From Octopus sinensis (lineage: Eukaryota): a stretch of 64,000 nucleotides of DNA. The stretch covers positions 166,594,001-166,658,000 of the forward strand of contig NC_042999.1 in assembly GCF_006345805.1 (NCBI RefSeq). The letters are read 5' to 3'. The translations under genes were made by a program, and so were the position numbers. The notes under the pieces are model-generated. The model was given only the letters and a program-made list of their open reading frames with translations, was not told the DNA's origin and did not search any database. Shown here in pieces: positions 11,281-23,500 of this stretch. The stretch's first letter is position 1; each line of letters starts with the position of its first letter.

Positions 11281-12390
11281 TTAGGCAGATAAAGTGTGTA
11301 CTCTTTATCCTATTTGAGTTTTATTGAATGATTGTGTAAAAGTTTCTTAACAATATATTGTAAGTCTGTACACACACACACACACACACACACTTGGTGT
11401 TATTGTTGTTTTGATATGTGTACTCTTTATTCCATTTGTTTTGAGTGAAAACATGCTGTTTGAGGTGTTCCACTCATTGGATGGTAGGATTTTTTTTTGA
11501 GGGGTGGGGATTAAAGCAGTGATTTATTTCTGGTATCATTATCTCATTGAAGATTTTATGGCAGGAGGTAAGTTTCAGCAAGGGCTATCCTTTGTTTTGA
11601 GTCACAGAGTTGTCAATGATCCATCAGCTGTTAAGGTACAATGTTCGGTAATAAAAAATTTTTATTTGTTTTTTTGAACTGGAAATGTATATTTTGTTTG
11701 ATGTCAGCATAAAGTGAAAGAGAGAGAAAATGACAGGGACATGTGTGTATGTTGATGATAGGGTGTGAGATAGAAAGTGTATGTGTGAGAGAGAGAGGAG
11801 AGAAGGTGTGTGTTGATGTGTGTGTTTGTGTGAGGGAGACAGTGAGAGAGAGTGATAGCGTACATTTTTAAAATTTATTTTTCCTTGCATCTTTTTTTGA
11901 CTGAGAGAGAGAGAGAGAGTGAGTGAGTGATAGCGTAACGTCTCTCTTTCTCTCTCTCTGAGTCAAACACACACTAAAAAAAATGCGAGAAAAAGTAAAT
12001 AAATAAAATTTATGCTATCTCTCTCTCTCTCTCTCTCTGTCTCCCACACACAGTAACACACACTTTCTCTCTTTCTTTCTGACAACACACACCTCTCTCT
12101 CTCAGCCAATCACTCACTCATTTAAAAAAGATGCAAAGAAAAATGAATTTAAAAAATGTACACTGTTACTCTTTCCCACACACACACACAAAAATAGTAA
12201 AAGTTATGGTTGAAAATTGATTTTTACTGCTATCCACGGGTGCCTTGGGAAAAATAAGTTGACAAAAGCACAGCCATGGTTGTAACCAATGTCCTCCTAA
12301 AACTGGAGTGACATGCATGCCAGTTTGTGGATGTGCATAAATTACATTCACGTACACACACACACATCCTGCCTATTACTGATATATATA

Positions 12391-14060
12391 TCATCATCGT
12401 CATCTTCATCGTCGTTTAATGTCCGCTTTCCATGCTAGCATGGGTTGGACGATTTGATTGAGGACTGGCGAACCAGATGGCTGCACCAGGCTCCAGTCTT
12501 GATCTGGAGTTTCTACAGCTGGATGCCAACCACTCCGAGAGTGTAGTGGGTGCTTTTACGTGCCGCCGGCACGGGGGCCAGTCTGACGGTACTGGCAACG
12601 ACCTTGCTTAAATTTTTTTTACACATGCCAATGGCACAGGTGCCAGTAAAGCGCTGCTGGTAACGATCCTGCTTGAATGGTGCCTCCTACATGCCACCGG
12701 CATGGAAGTCAGTTAGCTGCTCTGGCGACGATCACGCTCGGACGGTGCTCTTAGTACCCTACTAGCACGGGGCACAAGTGCTAGTAAGGCGAAGCTGGCA
12801 ACGATCACACTCGAATGGTGCCTTTTATGTGTCACTGGCACAGAAGCTGGTTAGCCGTCTGTCAACGATCACGCTCGTATGGTGCTCGTGCCCGTCATCG
12901 AATTTCACTTTGATTTTGATTTCGATTTCACTTGCCTCAACAGGTCTTCGCAAGCAGAGTTTAGTGTCCAAAGAAAGAAAAAGTATGCACAAGTGGGCTG
13001 GTTACGCCCCTGGCACAAGCCACGAGGTTATGGTCTCATTTGGCTTGTCGGGTCTTCTCAAGCACAGCATATTTCCAAAGGTCTTGGTCACTAGTCATTT
13101 CCTTGGTGAGGCCTAAAGTTCGAAGGTTGTGTTTCACCACTTCATCTCAGGTCTTCCTCTTCCACAGGTTCCCTCAACCGCTAGGGTGTGGTACTTTTTC
13201 ACACAGCTATCCTCATCCATTCTCGCTACATGACCTTACCAGCACAGTCGTCTCTCTTGCACACCACATCTGATGCTTCTTAGGTCCAACTTTTTTCTCA
13301 AGGTACTTACACTTTGTCAAGTATGCACACTGACATTACACATTCATCGGATCATACTGGCTTCATTCCTTGTGAGCTTACGCATGTCCTCAGCAGTCAC
13401 AGCCCATGTTTCACTGCCATGTAGCATGGCTGTTCGTACACATGTGTCATACAGTTTACCTTTTACTCTGAGCGAGAGGCCCTTTGTCACCAACAGGGGT
13501 AAGAGCTCTCTGAACTTTGCCCAAGCTATTCTTATTCTAGCAGCTACACTTTCAGAGCACCCTACCCCGCTACTGACTTGGTCACCTAGGTAAAGGAAGC
13601 TATCGACTACCTCTAGTTTTTCTCCCTGGAATGTGGCGGAAGTTGTTCTCTGCGCATTTTCAGTGTTTATCGCTCCCGAGCATCTGCCACATACAAAAGC
13701 TATCTTCCCAGTTAGCCTTCCTTTGATATTACTGCACCTCTTATGTGTCCATAGCTTACACTTGGTGCATCTTATAGAGTTTCTACCTACACCTCTACTA
13801 CAGATTGAGCAGGGCCATCTACTTGAAGGGATTTGTGGTTTGCCTGCCTTCCTACTTATTAGGACTTTGGTTTTAGCTATGTTGACTCTAAGTCCCTTTG
13901 ATTCTAATCCTTGTTTCCATACCTGAAACTTCTCCTCTAGTTCTTATAGTGACTCAGCAATTAGAGCAAGGTCATCAGCATAGAGGAGCTCCCAGGGGCA
14001 TCCTGTCTTGAATTCCTCCGTTATTGCCTGGAGGACTATGATAAATAGGAGGGGGCTGAA
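12391..14060 (-). mobile_element. 5'-truncated RTE-clade LINE (RT C-terminal half plus repeat-containing 3' UTR and (GAT)n tail)
   Basis: Minus-strand translation gives SPLLFIIV...ELLYADDLAL...YLGD...RIRIAWAKFRELLPLL...MLHGSETW with stops; the 3' UTR matches the short copies elsewhere. Confidence 0.92.
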
Positions 14061-14529
14061 ATTTTTGTATTTATATTTATAAATTATTATATTTTTATAT
14101 TTTTAAAAAATTTTTAAATTTAAAAAAATGTAAAAAAAATGTTTTTTTCTACTAACCAAAAAGTATAAAGTTAAATATAATATAAGTAAAAACACTACGT
14201 ACGTTTCATGGCTATAATTCAATTCGAATTACAATTAAGTTTAAATTCAATTATAAATTCGAATTAAAATTATAATTATAGTCAATCTTAAGGTTAATGA
14301 TAATAGTTAAATAAATAATCAAATAGAGTTAAACAATATTTTTTAAGAAATAAATAGAATAATAATTTTTCTTATAAAAAACTCTATTATCTAAATTAGA
14401 AACTTAAAACATTAGGATTATGTCATACAACCCATTTATTATGTTAAATATTAATTTTTAAGGTAAAAAAATAGATAGAAAAATGTATTTATCTTTTAAG
14501 ATATAATATGGCTTTAAAAAACATAATAA

Positions 14530-14760
14530 CCTATTGAGTCAAGTACATCAACATCAAAATTAAAATCAAATGGAAATTGCAGCTGTAGTACCCATGCTGG
14601 TGGCACATAAAGAGTACCAACTGATCGTGGCTGTTGCCAGCCTCCTCTTGCTCCTGTGCCGGTGGCACGTAAAAAGCACCCACTACAATCACAGAGTGCT
14701 TGGTGTTAGGAAGGGCATCCAGCTGTAGAAACACTGCCAGATCTATCCAATATACTGCTG
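14530..14760 (+). mobile_element. RTE 3' UTR internal fragment
   Basis: ggaagggcatccagctgtagaaacactgccag motif. Confidence 0.75.
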
Positions 14761-15869
14761 GTAGAATACCCAATTAATACACAAGTGCTGGATATTGCTT
14801 GGCAATTACACTACTGAGTATAATAATTAGGCAAGGGTAATAAGTGGTTTTAATTTATATGTCAAGAAGAAAATGGAGGCAATCCAGCGGTAGTATTCAT
14901 CAGCTGTTAGACATTATATTAAGTCTATATTTAGTAAATGCACATTTAATCCCCCTAATTAGACGGATACATATTTCACATTTATCATGTACGGTTTTAT
15001 ACCTTTGTAATACCTCATTTCTCATAAACAATCTAGTAAAACCACATCCCCTTAGTCATATCACTCTAACCTATTATATTATACTCACTAACCTGTATGC
15101 TCATCAACTTTTTACTTCTATAATTCTTAATTTGATTTAATCTAATCGAATCCAGTCTCAGCATCAGTTTTTACTCTCCTGCCTACCCATTGTTAACTAT
15201 GAATTATTTGTTTCTATGTTTTCGTGCATATATATAATTTTTTTATATAGTTTGTTTATGTTATCTGTTAACCACTAACCAACCATAGCAGCATCATGGC
15301 CTTTCAAAAAAATTAGCTGACCAATTAGATTACGTGAAGGACCACAACCCCCTCCCCGTTATCAATAGGGATTCAGCAACTTGTTAACTATAAAATAACG
15401 GAAGAAATAATGGAAGCTAATACAGTATCTTGGTAACTGCCTGGAGATTTAATGCATTTACTAATTTAGTACCAACTGGTATCATAACTTAATATAAACT
15501 TTCACCCTCTAATGGGAACCATGATTTCAGGCCCTCAACTATAGACACATCATGTATTTATGTATATGTGTACATTTATTATGCAAGGACAATACGAACC
15601 ACTGCAGGAATACACCCTACCTAATGCATGAAATATGTGTGTGTGTGTGTGTATTTGTATGTGTATGTATATATTTATTTCTCCTTTTATGTCTTTTCAA
15701 GACTGTGACAGCCACTGAAGAAAATAATATTCGCAAAAGAGCACAATTTTTACTCTGCCTTTATAAAGAGCTTAAGCACCGTTTGCCAGGAAATATTAAT
15801 ATACTGGGTATCCAGCGGTGGTGCCCCAGCATGGCCGCGGCCTTCGGGCTAAAACATTTTTTAAGGATT

Positions 15870-16533
15870 TATACTGAGGAATATCAAATGTTTTTCAGTA
15901 AAGAATATTTTGCAGCATTTCAAAGAGCCAATTTTACCTGTCTTAGATGCAATGCATTTAAATGAAGAAAAAATTGCTTCAACTGAAATTCAGTTTAATA
16001 TTATTCCTTTAGTTAAATGGACAAATACTGAGGCATTCTGGTTGGAAGTCTTGGAATATAAAGATGCTACTGGAGGAAATTCTTTTACAGATGTTGCAAA
16101 TTTTGCCATTAATCTATTGGCATTGCCAAACTCAAATGCAGAAGTTGAACGGTTGTTCAGTAGTATGGGTGTAAGCAAATAAAAATTGAAAAACAAATCC
16201 TATGCTTAGATCAATACTGTCTTTAAAATTATGGCCTGAGAAGATATGGTAAACGTTGCAAAAACTTCAATATTCCAAAACACATAATTAACAAGATTGG
16301 GACCTTGAATGTATACAGAAGTCAAAACCTAGGAACTGCAGCTGACCATGATCAAATCAGTGAAATTCAAGAAATTATTTCTCAATGCTGAATATAATTA
16401 AGGAAAGTAAATAAAAATGTGAATAAAAATTAAGCTTTTTGATATAATTAGTCTTTAACATTTTTTTAGCATTTTTTAATATTTTTTCTACTGAAATTTA
16501 GCATAAAATTCTGAATTTAAGTCGGCAACACTA
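15870..16533 (+). mobile_element. hAT transposase C-terminal (dimerisation) fragment with right TIR
   Basis: FWLEV...FAINLLALPNSNAEVERLFSSM; end gtcggcaacacta. Confidence 0.8.
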
Positions 16534-16980
16534 ATGATACCTCTATAATCCAGAAATGTACTATCAAGAATGTCTGAGGAAAAGCATGTGTATCCAATGA
16601 CAAGAAAGAAAGAGATATTAGTGAGCTCAAGAAATTTTCTATCTCCTACATTTTCGTTCCACTTGATCGTTACTGTATTTATTTTGAGATTTTCTGTGTT
16701 TCTTTCAATTACTTTAAATATAACAAATAATTTAGTAAAATAACTTAGTTATCATTCAGCTAGTTTTAGGAACATAAATTGTGACTAAGGCTTAGTGGAA
16801 GATTTTAATTCAGAACTTATGAAAACAAGACATTTCTACTCAGAGCCAGAGCTGGTTTCAGCCGGGTTGGTCACGAAAGGGTTGAATAAGGAAAAGTACA
16901 TCTGAGGAGGGGAAAGGAAACATTTTTAATGACATTTGAAAGTAAATTTGAAAAATTGTATTATTAATGTACACAAGTAG

Positions 16981-17386
16981 GCACAGGCGTGGCTGTGTGC
17001 TAAGAAACTTTCTTCCCAACCACTTAGTACCGGGTTCAGTCCCACTGTGTAGCACCTTGGGCAAGTGTCTTCTACTGTAGTCTCAGTCTGACCAAAGCCT
17101 TGTGAGTGGATTTGGTAGACAGAAGCTGAAAGAAGCCTGTCGTGTATATATATATATATGTGTGTATGTCGTTGTGTCTGCCCCCCCCCATCACTGCTTG
17201 ACAACTGGTGTTAGTGTGCTTATATCCCCATAACTTAGTGGTTTGGCAAAAGAGACCAATAGAATAAGTACTAGGCTTTAAAAAGAAGTCCTGGGGCTGA
17301 TTTGTTCAACTAAAAATCCCTTTGAGGCAGTGCTCCAGCATAGCCACAGTCAAATGACTGAAACAAGTAAAAGAATAAAAGAATAA
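16981..17386 (+). mobile_element. SINE family A, more diverged copy
   Basis: Head, CORE-like segment and tail recognisable with substitutions. Confidence 0.85.
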
Positions 17387-17862
17387 GTAGGAATTATTGG
17401 CAAATAGCTGATGCAAGTGGAGACACATCATCTATGATGAAACCCAGTACTTTGATGCGTCATGAGTTGAACATCACAACGATAAACATGAGCTTATGAA
17501 GCAGCATGAAATGTCTGTTCTTCCCCGAGACCACAATCACTGTCTGAAACCAGATTTGTGGATCCTGCACTAATGAACTTGGTCACAAATTTTAACCTGA
17601 AGGACAATCATTCTTTATTTCAAGAGACTGCTGTCATTCTTTATGTACATAGAATAGTATTGTGAACAGGATTAAGTGTTGATAGTTGGTAAATACACGA
17701 GATTACCAAAAAGAAAATAGCAAGCTATATTTTTCAAGCATATTCAAGTGAAGACATAGATAATCATCTAATTATGTGACCTAAATTACTAAATAGATAA
17801 TACGGTAAGCAACATTCAATATTGCAATTGGTGTTCAAGATGAAATATAAATGGTAACAAGG

Positions 17863-18202
17863 TGGTGAACTGGCAGAAACGTTAGCACGCCGGGCGAAAT
17901 GCTTAGTGGTTTCGGGCTCGATTAAATTAGTACCAGTTACGCACTGGGGTTGATATAATCTACTTAATCCGTTTGTCTGTCCTTGTTAATCCTCCTTGAG
18001 GGTAGTAAATAAATAGGTATTTCGTCTGCCGTTACATTCTGAGTTCAAATTCCGCCGAGGTCGACTTTGCCTTTCATCCTTTCGGGGTCGATAAATTAAG
18101 TACCAGTTACGCACTGGGGTCGATGTAATCGACTTAATACCTATGTCTGTCCTTGTTTGTCCCCTCTATGTTTAGCCCCTTGTGGGTAGTAAAGAAATAG
18201 GT
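17863..18202 (+). mobile_element. SINE family B, composite copy
   Basis: Head, partial unit, then a full second unit. Confidence 0.88.
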
Positions 18203-18639
18203 AACAAAGTTTCTAGCAGACAACAAACTTATTTAGAACTAATGAACAAAATTCCTACCAAACAAGGTGCCAAACTAACTTTTGTCATACAGAGCTCCCT
18301 GCTTTATAAATCCATCTTGGGACCACTTATTTGGGATTTATTAAACGAGGGACTTATTAACTGAAGGAACAAAATTTGCCAATTGCTTAAACATGTCTTT
18401 ATTAAAATACATACATATTCAAATACATGAATGAAAACATAAACAATGTCATTGAATGAAAAATGTGTTGAGTGTTGTTTGCTTTGCTGGATGCTTTGTT
18501 TGCAACTCTGTATTAATTTTTTCCTTAAGAGTTAAGGAAAAATTGCTTATGAACTTTGTAGGTCCTCCCAGGTTGAGGAGGACAGTCGATTTCTATAAGT
18601 TGATACTTGTAGAGGAAAAAAACAAAAAAACGTACAGGG

Positions 18640-18975
18640 ATAGATATTAGAGAGTTGTGGTTTTGGGTTGAAGAAAGTATTTAATCTGAGGTTTAGAAGT
18701 AAGAAGGAGAAGTTGGTTTAGTGAATGCTTTTGCGGTTCATTGAAATGGTGCAAATCTGAAATGAAATGTCTAGTTGTGTATACATAACATCTATGTATG
18801 GAAGGTTAAGAAAGAGTGATGAATGGTGTCATCTACATAGGAGTGGGTATTTAGAAGTAACAGCAAGTAGATTATTAATGTACAGACGCAAATGTTTTGA
18901 GGAGCATAACTATATCCATAGTATAAATTCAGTTACCAGAATATGTGTTGGAGAAATTCTTGTTGGAAGATGTTG
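18640..18975 (-). mobile_element. ancient CR1/Jockey-like RT fragment
   Basis: Minus-strand YINNLL...HSYVDDT resembles the YADD region; heavily degraded. Confidence 0.45.
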
Positions 18976-20244
18976 GAAGTGAGTGTTACAAGCCCCAGAA
19001 ACTAGCACATCACCTACAAAGCCTTCTACATCTCTGTTGTTATTCTTGGTGGGATTGCTGTTTTCCTTGAATTCATTACCCCTTTGTTTATTATACCTTC
19101 AGATAATCTCTTACTATCTCATACATACTCCTCAGTCAAACCTTTCAAAAACCTTTATACCTCTCTTTTTTTCATCCTGTCTTTCTGGACAAGTATGTAA
19201 GTTTTATTTTAAAAAACCCTTATTTCCAAATAACATTTCTTTGTCATTCAGAACACTCTACACCTGGCATCCTCACAATTCAGCATTTAGCGTTTCCCCT
19301 ACTATCAGCTTCTCTCCTGGTAGATACACCAGGTGTTTTTGTTATTGATATTCCTCCTTACTAACTGCTTTCTTTTACTTCTTCTAAACTTGTTCAGTTG
19401 TGATAGCCTTAGCCTATAGCCACAGTCCTATTCTTCTTCTATGTCGCTTGTGACTAGCTGGGTTAGTCATTCATAGAAGGTTATTCTTTAGGAACACACA
19501 GCTGTAAAATTATCTAAACATTTTTATTACCTGATTGGCAGTTGTCCCTTGCTAACAAGAGGCATACTTTCCTTCTAAGCATGTTAATTATGAGAGTAAT
19601 GCTGCTGGGTTGTTAGAGATGGATATTGACTGTTGTAGTTCTGCTGAGACTGACGAGAAGCATGGTAGGATTTATTTGAATTGTGTAATGTGAATTTGCA
19701 AAAGAAAAAGAACATAAATGAGTTGAGAACACAGTTGAGCATTAAAAAGGCAACAAAACTGTGTAAGAGAAACAACTGCACCAGTATAAACGTGGTGCAA
19801 ATGTTTGTTGAGTGGTATGGGGAAAAATAATTACTGTATACTATTAGTGAGGTGTACCTGTGGAGGCAGAAGACATAGCAAAAGTAGAAACAGTGGGTTT
19901 TATAAGAAGTGATGAATGATTAAGATGGTTGAATTGTTAGCATGCCAGATAAAATGCTTAGCATTTTGTCCATTTTAATGTCATGAGTTCAAATAATGCT
20001 GAGATTGACTTTGCTTTCATTCTTTTGGGGTTGATAAAATAAATTCCAGTTAAAGTTCGGGGTCAATGCAATCGATTTATTTACTCAACATTTAAAATTA
20101 CTGGCCTTGTGCCAAAAATTTGAAACTAATATATTGCATGGGAAATCTGTCTATTTCATGACAGACTGGAATAGAAAAGAAAAAAGATACACTAAAATGT
20201 TAATGTTGACAATGTTTTTCATATTTTGCAGATAAACAAGTACA

Positions 20245-20526
20245 ATGCCTGTTGCAAGCGGTGATCCTCGAAACTATGTGAAATGCATACCTATACCAAC
20301 TGCTAATCACAAAGGTGTTAAAATACAAGCTCGAAGTTCTACTATATATAATGCAACAATTCCAACTCGTGATGAAATTCGCAAAGCTAATTACACTCGA
20401 CGGCAACAACAACTTTCCAGTCAAGGCTTTTATTGCCCAGTACATTTGCCATATAAGGAAATTGGTGAACCAATATATCTTGATGAGGAAACTCTTATTC
20501 TTCATGCTGTTGGACAACTTCAAGAG
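20245..20526 (+). CDS. CCDC60: CCDC60-like first coding exon (MPVASGDPRNYVK...HAVGQLQE)
   Basis: Acceptor tttgcag ends at 20231. An in-frame TAA at 20233 precedes ATG 20245, so this ATG is the start and an upstream UTR exon is implied. The donor is either GC at 20527 (phase 0, fits the next exon) or GT at 20531. Confidence 0.75.
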
Positions 20527-23500
20527 GCATGTATGAACTAATATTCTTGCAATGAATAGAGATGTTTTTAGCCTTTTTAATATTAAAATTATTATATTAC
20601 TGAAGTTGCATACTTAACACATGTTTTCTTTATGTGCTTATTGGCTGCGGGATTTGTCTAGGTAAAAGTCCCTTTAAGATGTCAAATGTTAAAAATATAT
20701 CCCTAACCAAATGAAATGAATTGTCCTGTTGTTGATCAAGAACAGTGGATATTGATATTTCACTGTTATTTCAGCATGTCAGCATCATATCTCCAAGTCA
20801 CCTTGAAGTGAATTTGAATTGCTGGTCTGAGGTGTCTATGCAGATAGTGTCAAATTTATCTGCTGATGTGCAAAAATGTTGCACAAGTGAAACAAAATTC
20901 AATTTTGCATTAGAAGCAACTGTCTTCAAAGGACTTCTCCCTGGTTAAATCCTGCTGTCAATAAGCACATAACCAAAACCCAAACATTAAATATGTGACA
21001 TCGGTAATGTTTACATTATTAGAGCTGCTTCTGATTCAGAATTTGATTTATTATATTTATTTGATTTAAAATTTCCATTTTTATCACCCATTATCACTGG
21101 ACCCATGCAAACATGGAAAAGTGGACATTAAATCAATGATGATGATTATGATAGTGTTATGGTGGATTAGTGTTTAGCCCAATTTTCATGGCATTAACCT
21201 TTTGGGAAGTATATGGATTGTGTGTAAGAAGACTTCCAGTAATGTATGAATGTAAAGACAAATATTAAAAGGCAATATTCTTTCATTAATAAAAATAACA
21301 ATCGATTCCTTGATCACACATGTGATAATAGAAAACACGTCACAGGGTAATTAAGCATTCAAGTAAAACAGGGTGTAATGTGTGACATAAGTTAATTTCT
21401 CCATAACGTTTGAGGTATTTAGATTCGGTAATTGAGAGCTGCAAGATGTAACTGGTGCAAAATATCGAATGAGTTGCATAGTTTAGTTGTGAAGTGAGGT
21501 AGCAATCCCATAGCAATGGAAAATGATGTTTTCTTATTGGCATTAAATCAGCAATGTGTCTTGTCATCTGGATGAGCAATCAGCAACTGACTTTTTGTCT
21601 TTCAAAACTGACGTGCTTCACCACTGGGTGGAAGTTGCTACATGTATCCTTCTGCAGCCAGCAGTAATTGGATAAAATGGGCCTAGCACGATTGTGCTAT
21701 GCTGCCACAGCAACATAGTGCTAGCAGATTGAAAATCAGTGCAAAATAACAACTGTAACGCAAAATATTCCTCTCAAGACCAACAAAATAAAAATAATGT
21801 TCAAAATTGTAAAAAGTATGTGTGTTTGAATGTGGAAAAATCTTTTACAAATAATATATGGAACGTTCACAAAAATATATACATAGATAGAAAAAGTCCT
21901 GAAAAATTAAAAGGTAACAAGTGACATGCAAAACTAGACAAAGGCAAAGGAAAGTTAACGAACATGCAAATACCTGAAAAAGAAAACAACCTAAATGCAC
22001 TGAGCAGGGAAAAAATACAATAGAATACCAGAGAGTAGGGGCCAATTGATATGTAAATAGTTTTACACTGTTTCTTGGGCCAATGGACATGACAACCACT
22101 GTGGGTTGTCATGACATATGTTTTGGAGGTGGGTAAGGTGTGTGTGGAACAGTGTGGGTAGGGTGTGTGTGTGGCTCTGAGGTGTGAGCATCTGTATAAG
22201 CCCCTTTAAGTCTATCTACAAAAACTGTCTTTAGTACCATTAAAATCAATGGTAAAATGTTTATCAGAGTATGCCAGCACGCGATAAGCTCCTGAATAAG
22301 GTGGGGTGAGAGGGTTTCTCACTGCATTATTTTGTACAAAAATGTAGGTCCATGAGGCAATGTCTCTGAGGACCACAGATTTTACTGTTTGATGTAGAGC
22401 ACTCATTGGTGGTAGTTCTTGAAAATACACATGCAGGTGGTTAATATAAAGTGCTGGATGTTGAGTGGCAAGGTTGACTGAGGCAAGCATCTCCCCTGAC
22501 TAAGGAGCACTGTACAATAGTTCAGCTGGGGAGTATCCCAGGTCTTTCTTAACCAAAGTCTGGATGCCGAGGAGTACTATGGGGAAGTACTTGCTCTGGT
22601 GCTGAGTGTCGGGGTAAGTATAAAATGCAGCTTTCAGCTGGCATAGGAAATGCTTTACAATTCTGTTAGATGTTGGATGATAGCTGGTTGTATGAATTTG
22701 TTAATCACCAATGACTTTGGAGAGTTCCACAAAGAGATGGGATTCAAATAGCTGACCCTGTCCATGGTAATGGTGGTAGGAACGTCATAGCGCAATATCC
22801 ATCCTGACACCAGGGCTCGCACTACAGATTCAGCAATAATGTCACTTAATGGAATCACTTCAGGCCATCAGAAGAAGTAGTCAGTACAAGTCAAGATGTA
22901 TGTAAATCCCTGACTGACAGACCAGGGTCCCATGAGATTGATATGTATGTAGTGAAAACATGCATCTGGAGTACTAAAAGTTCTGAGAAGGGCACGAATG
23001 TGCTTGTGTGGCTTTGACTTCTGGCAATGGGGGGGGGGGGGCAAGATCGAGTCTATGCAGTAATGTCTTGTTTCATATTTGGCCAGAAGAATCTAGCCTT
23101 TATAAGCTTTACTGAGGCCAAAACTCCAGAGTGTGAAAGATTGTGTAAAGTTTCAAATACAGCTTGATGATGGGTTCCTGGAACGAAAGGATGAGGCAAA
23201 TCCATCGAGATGTTTGAGACGTCACACAAAATCTGCCTGTCAGAATTTAGTGGAGGCAGAGACTTGAATTTGCATGTTATAAATTCAGGAGAAAATGTGT
23301 CCAGTAAGTCCAGAGGAGGTTGATCTGAGGACAAAACATTCAGGTCTATCCTTAGAGTGGATACCAATGAATTGATTGGCAGATAGGACAAAGCATCTGC
23401 AGCAGTGTTTTGAGCACCGGAGATGTATTGAATATTGTTGGTGAACTGCAATATAAAATCCAGTTGTTGAGTTTGTCTTGGTTTCCAGCTTGGAAAGCAG

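Noticed and set aside
11770-12170. Imperfect inverted repeat with GA/CT arms
   Set aside because: Mostly low-complexity microsatellite inside the putative Helitron; no clean termini or TSD.
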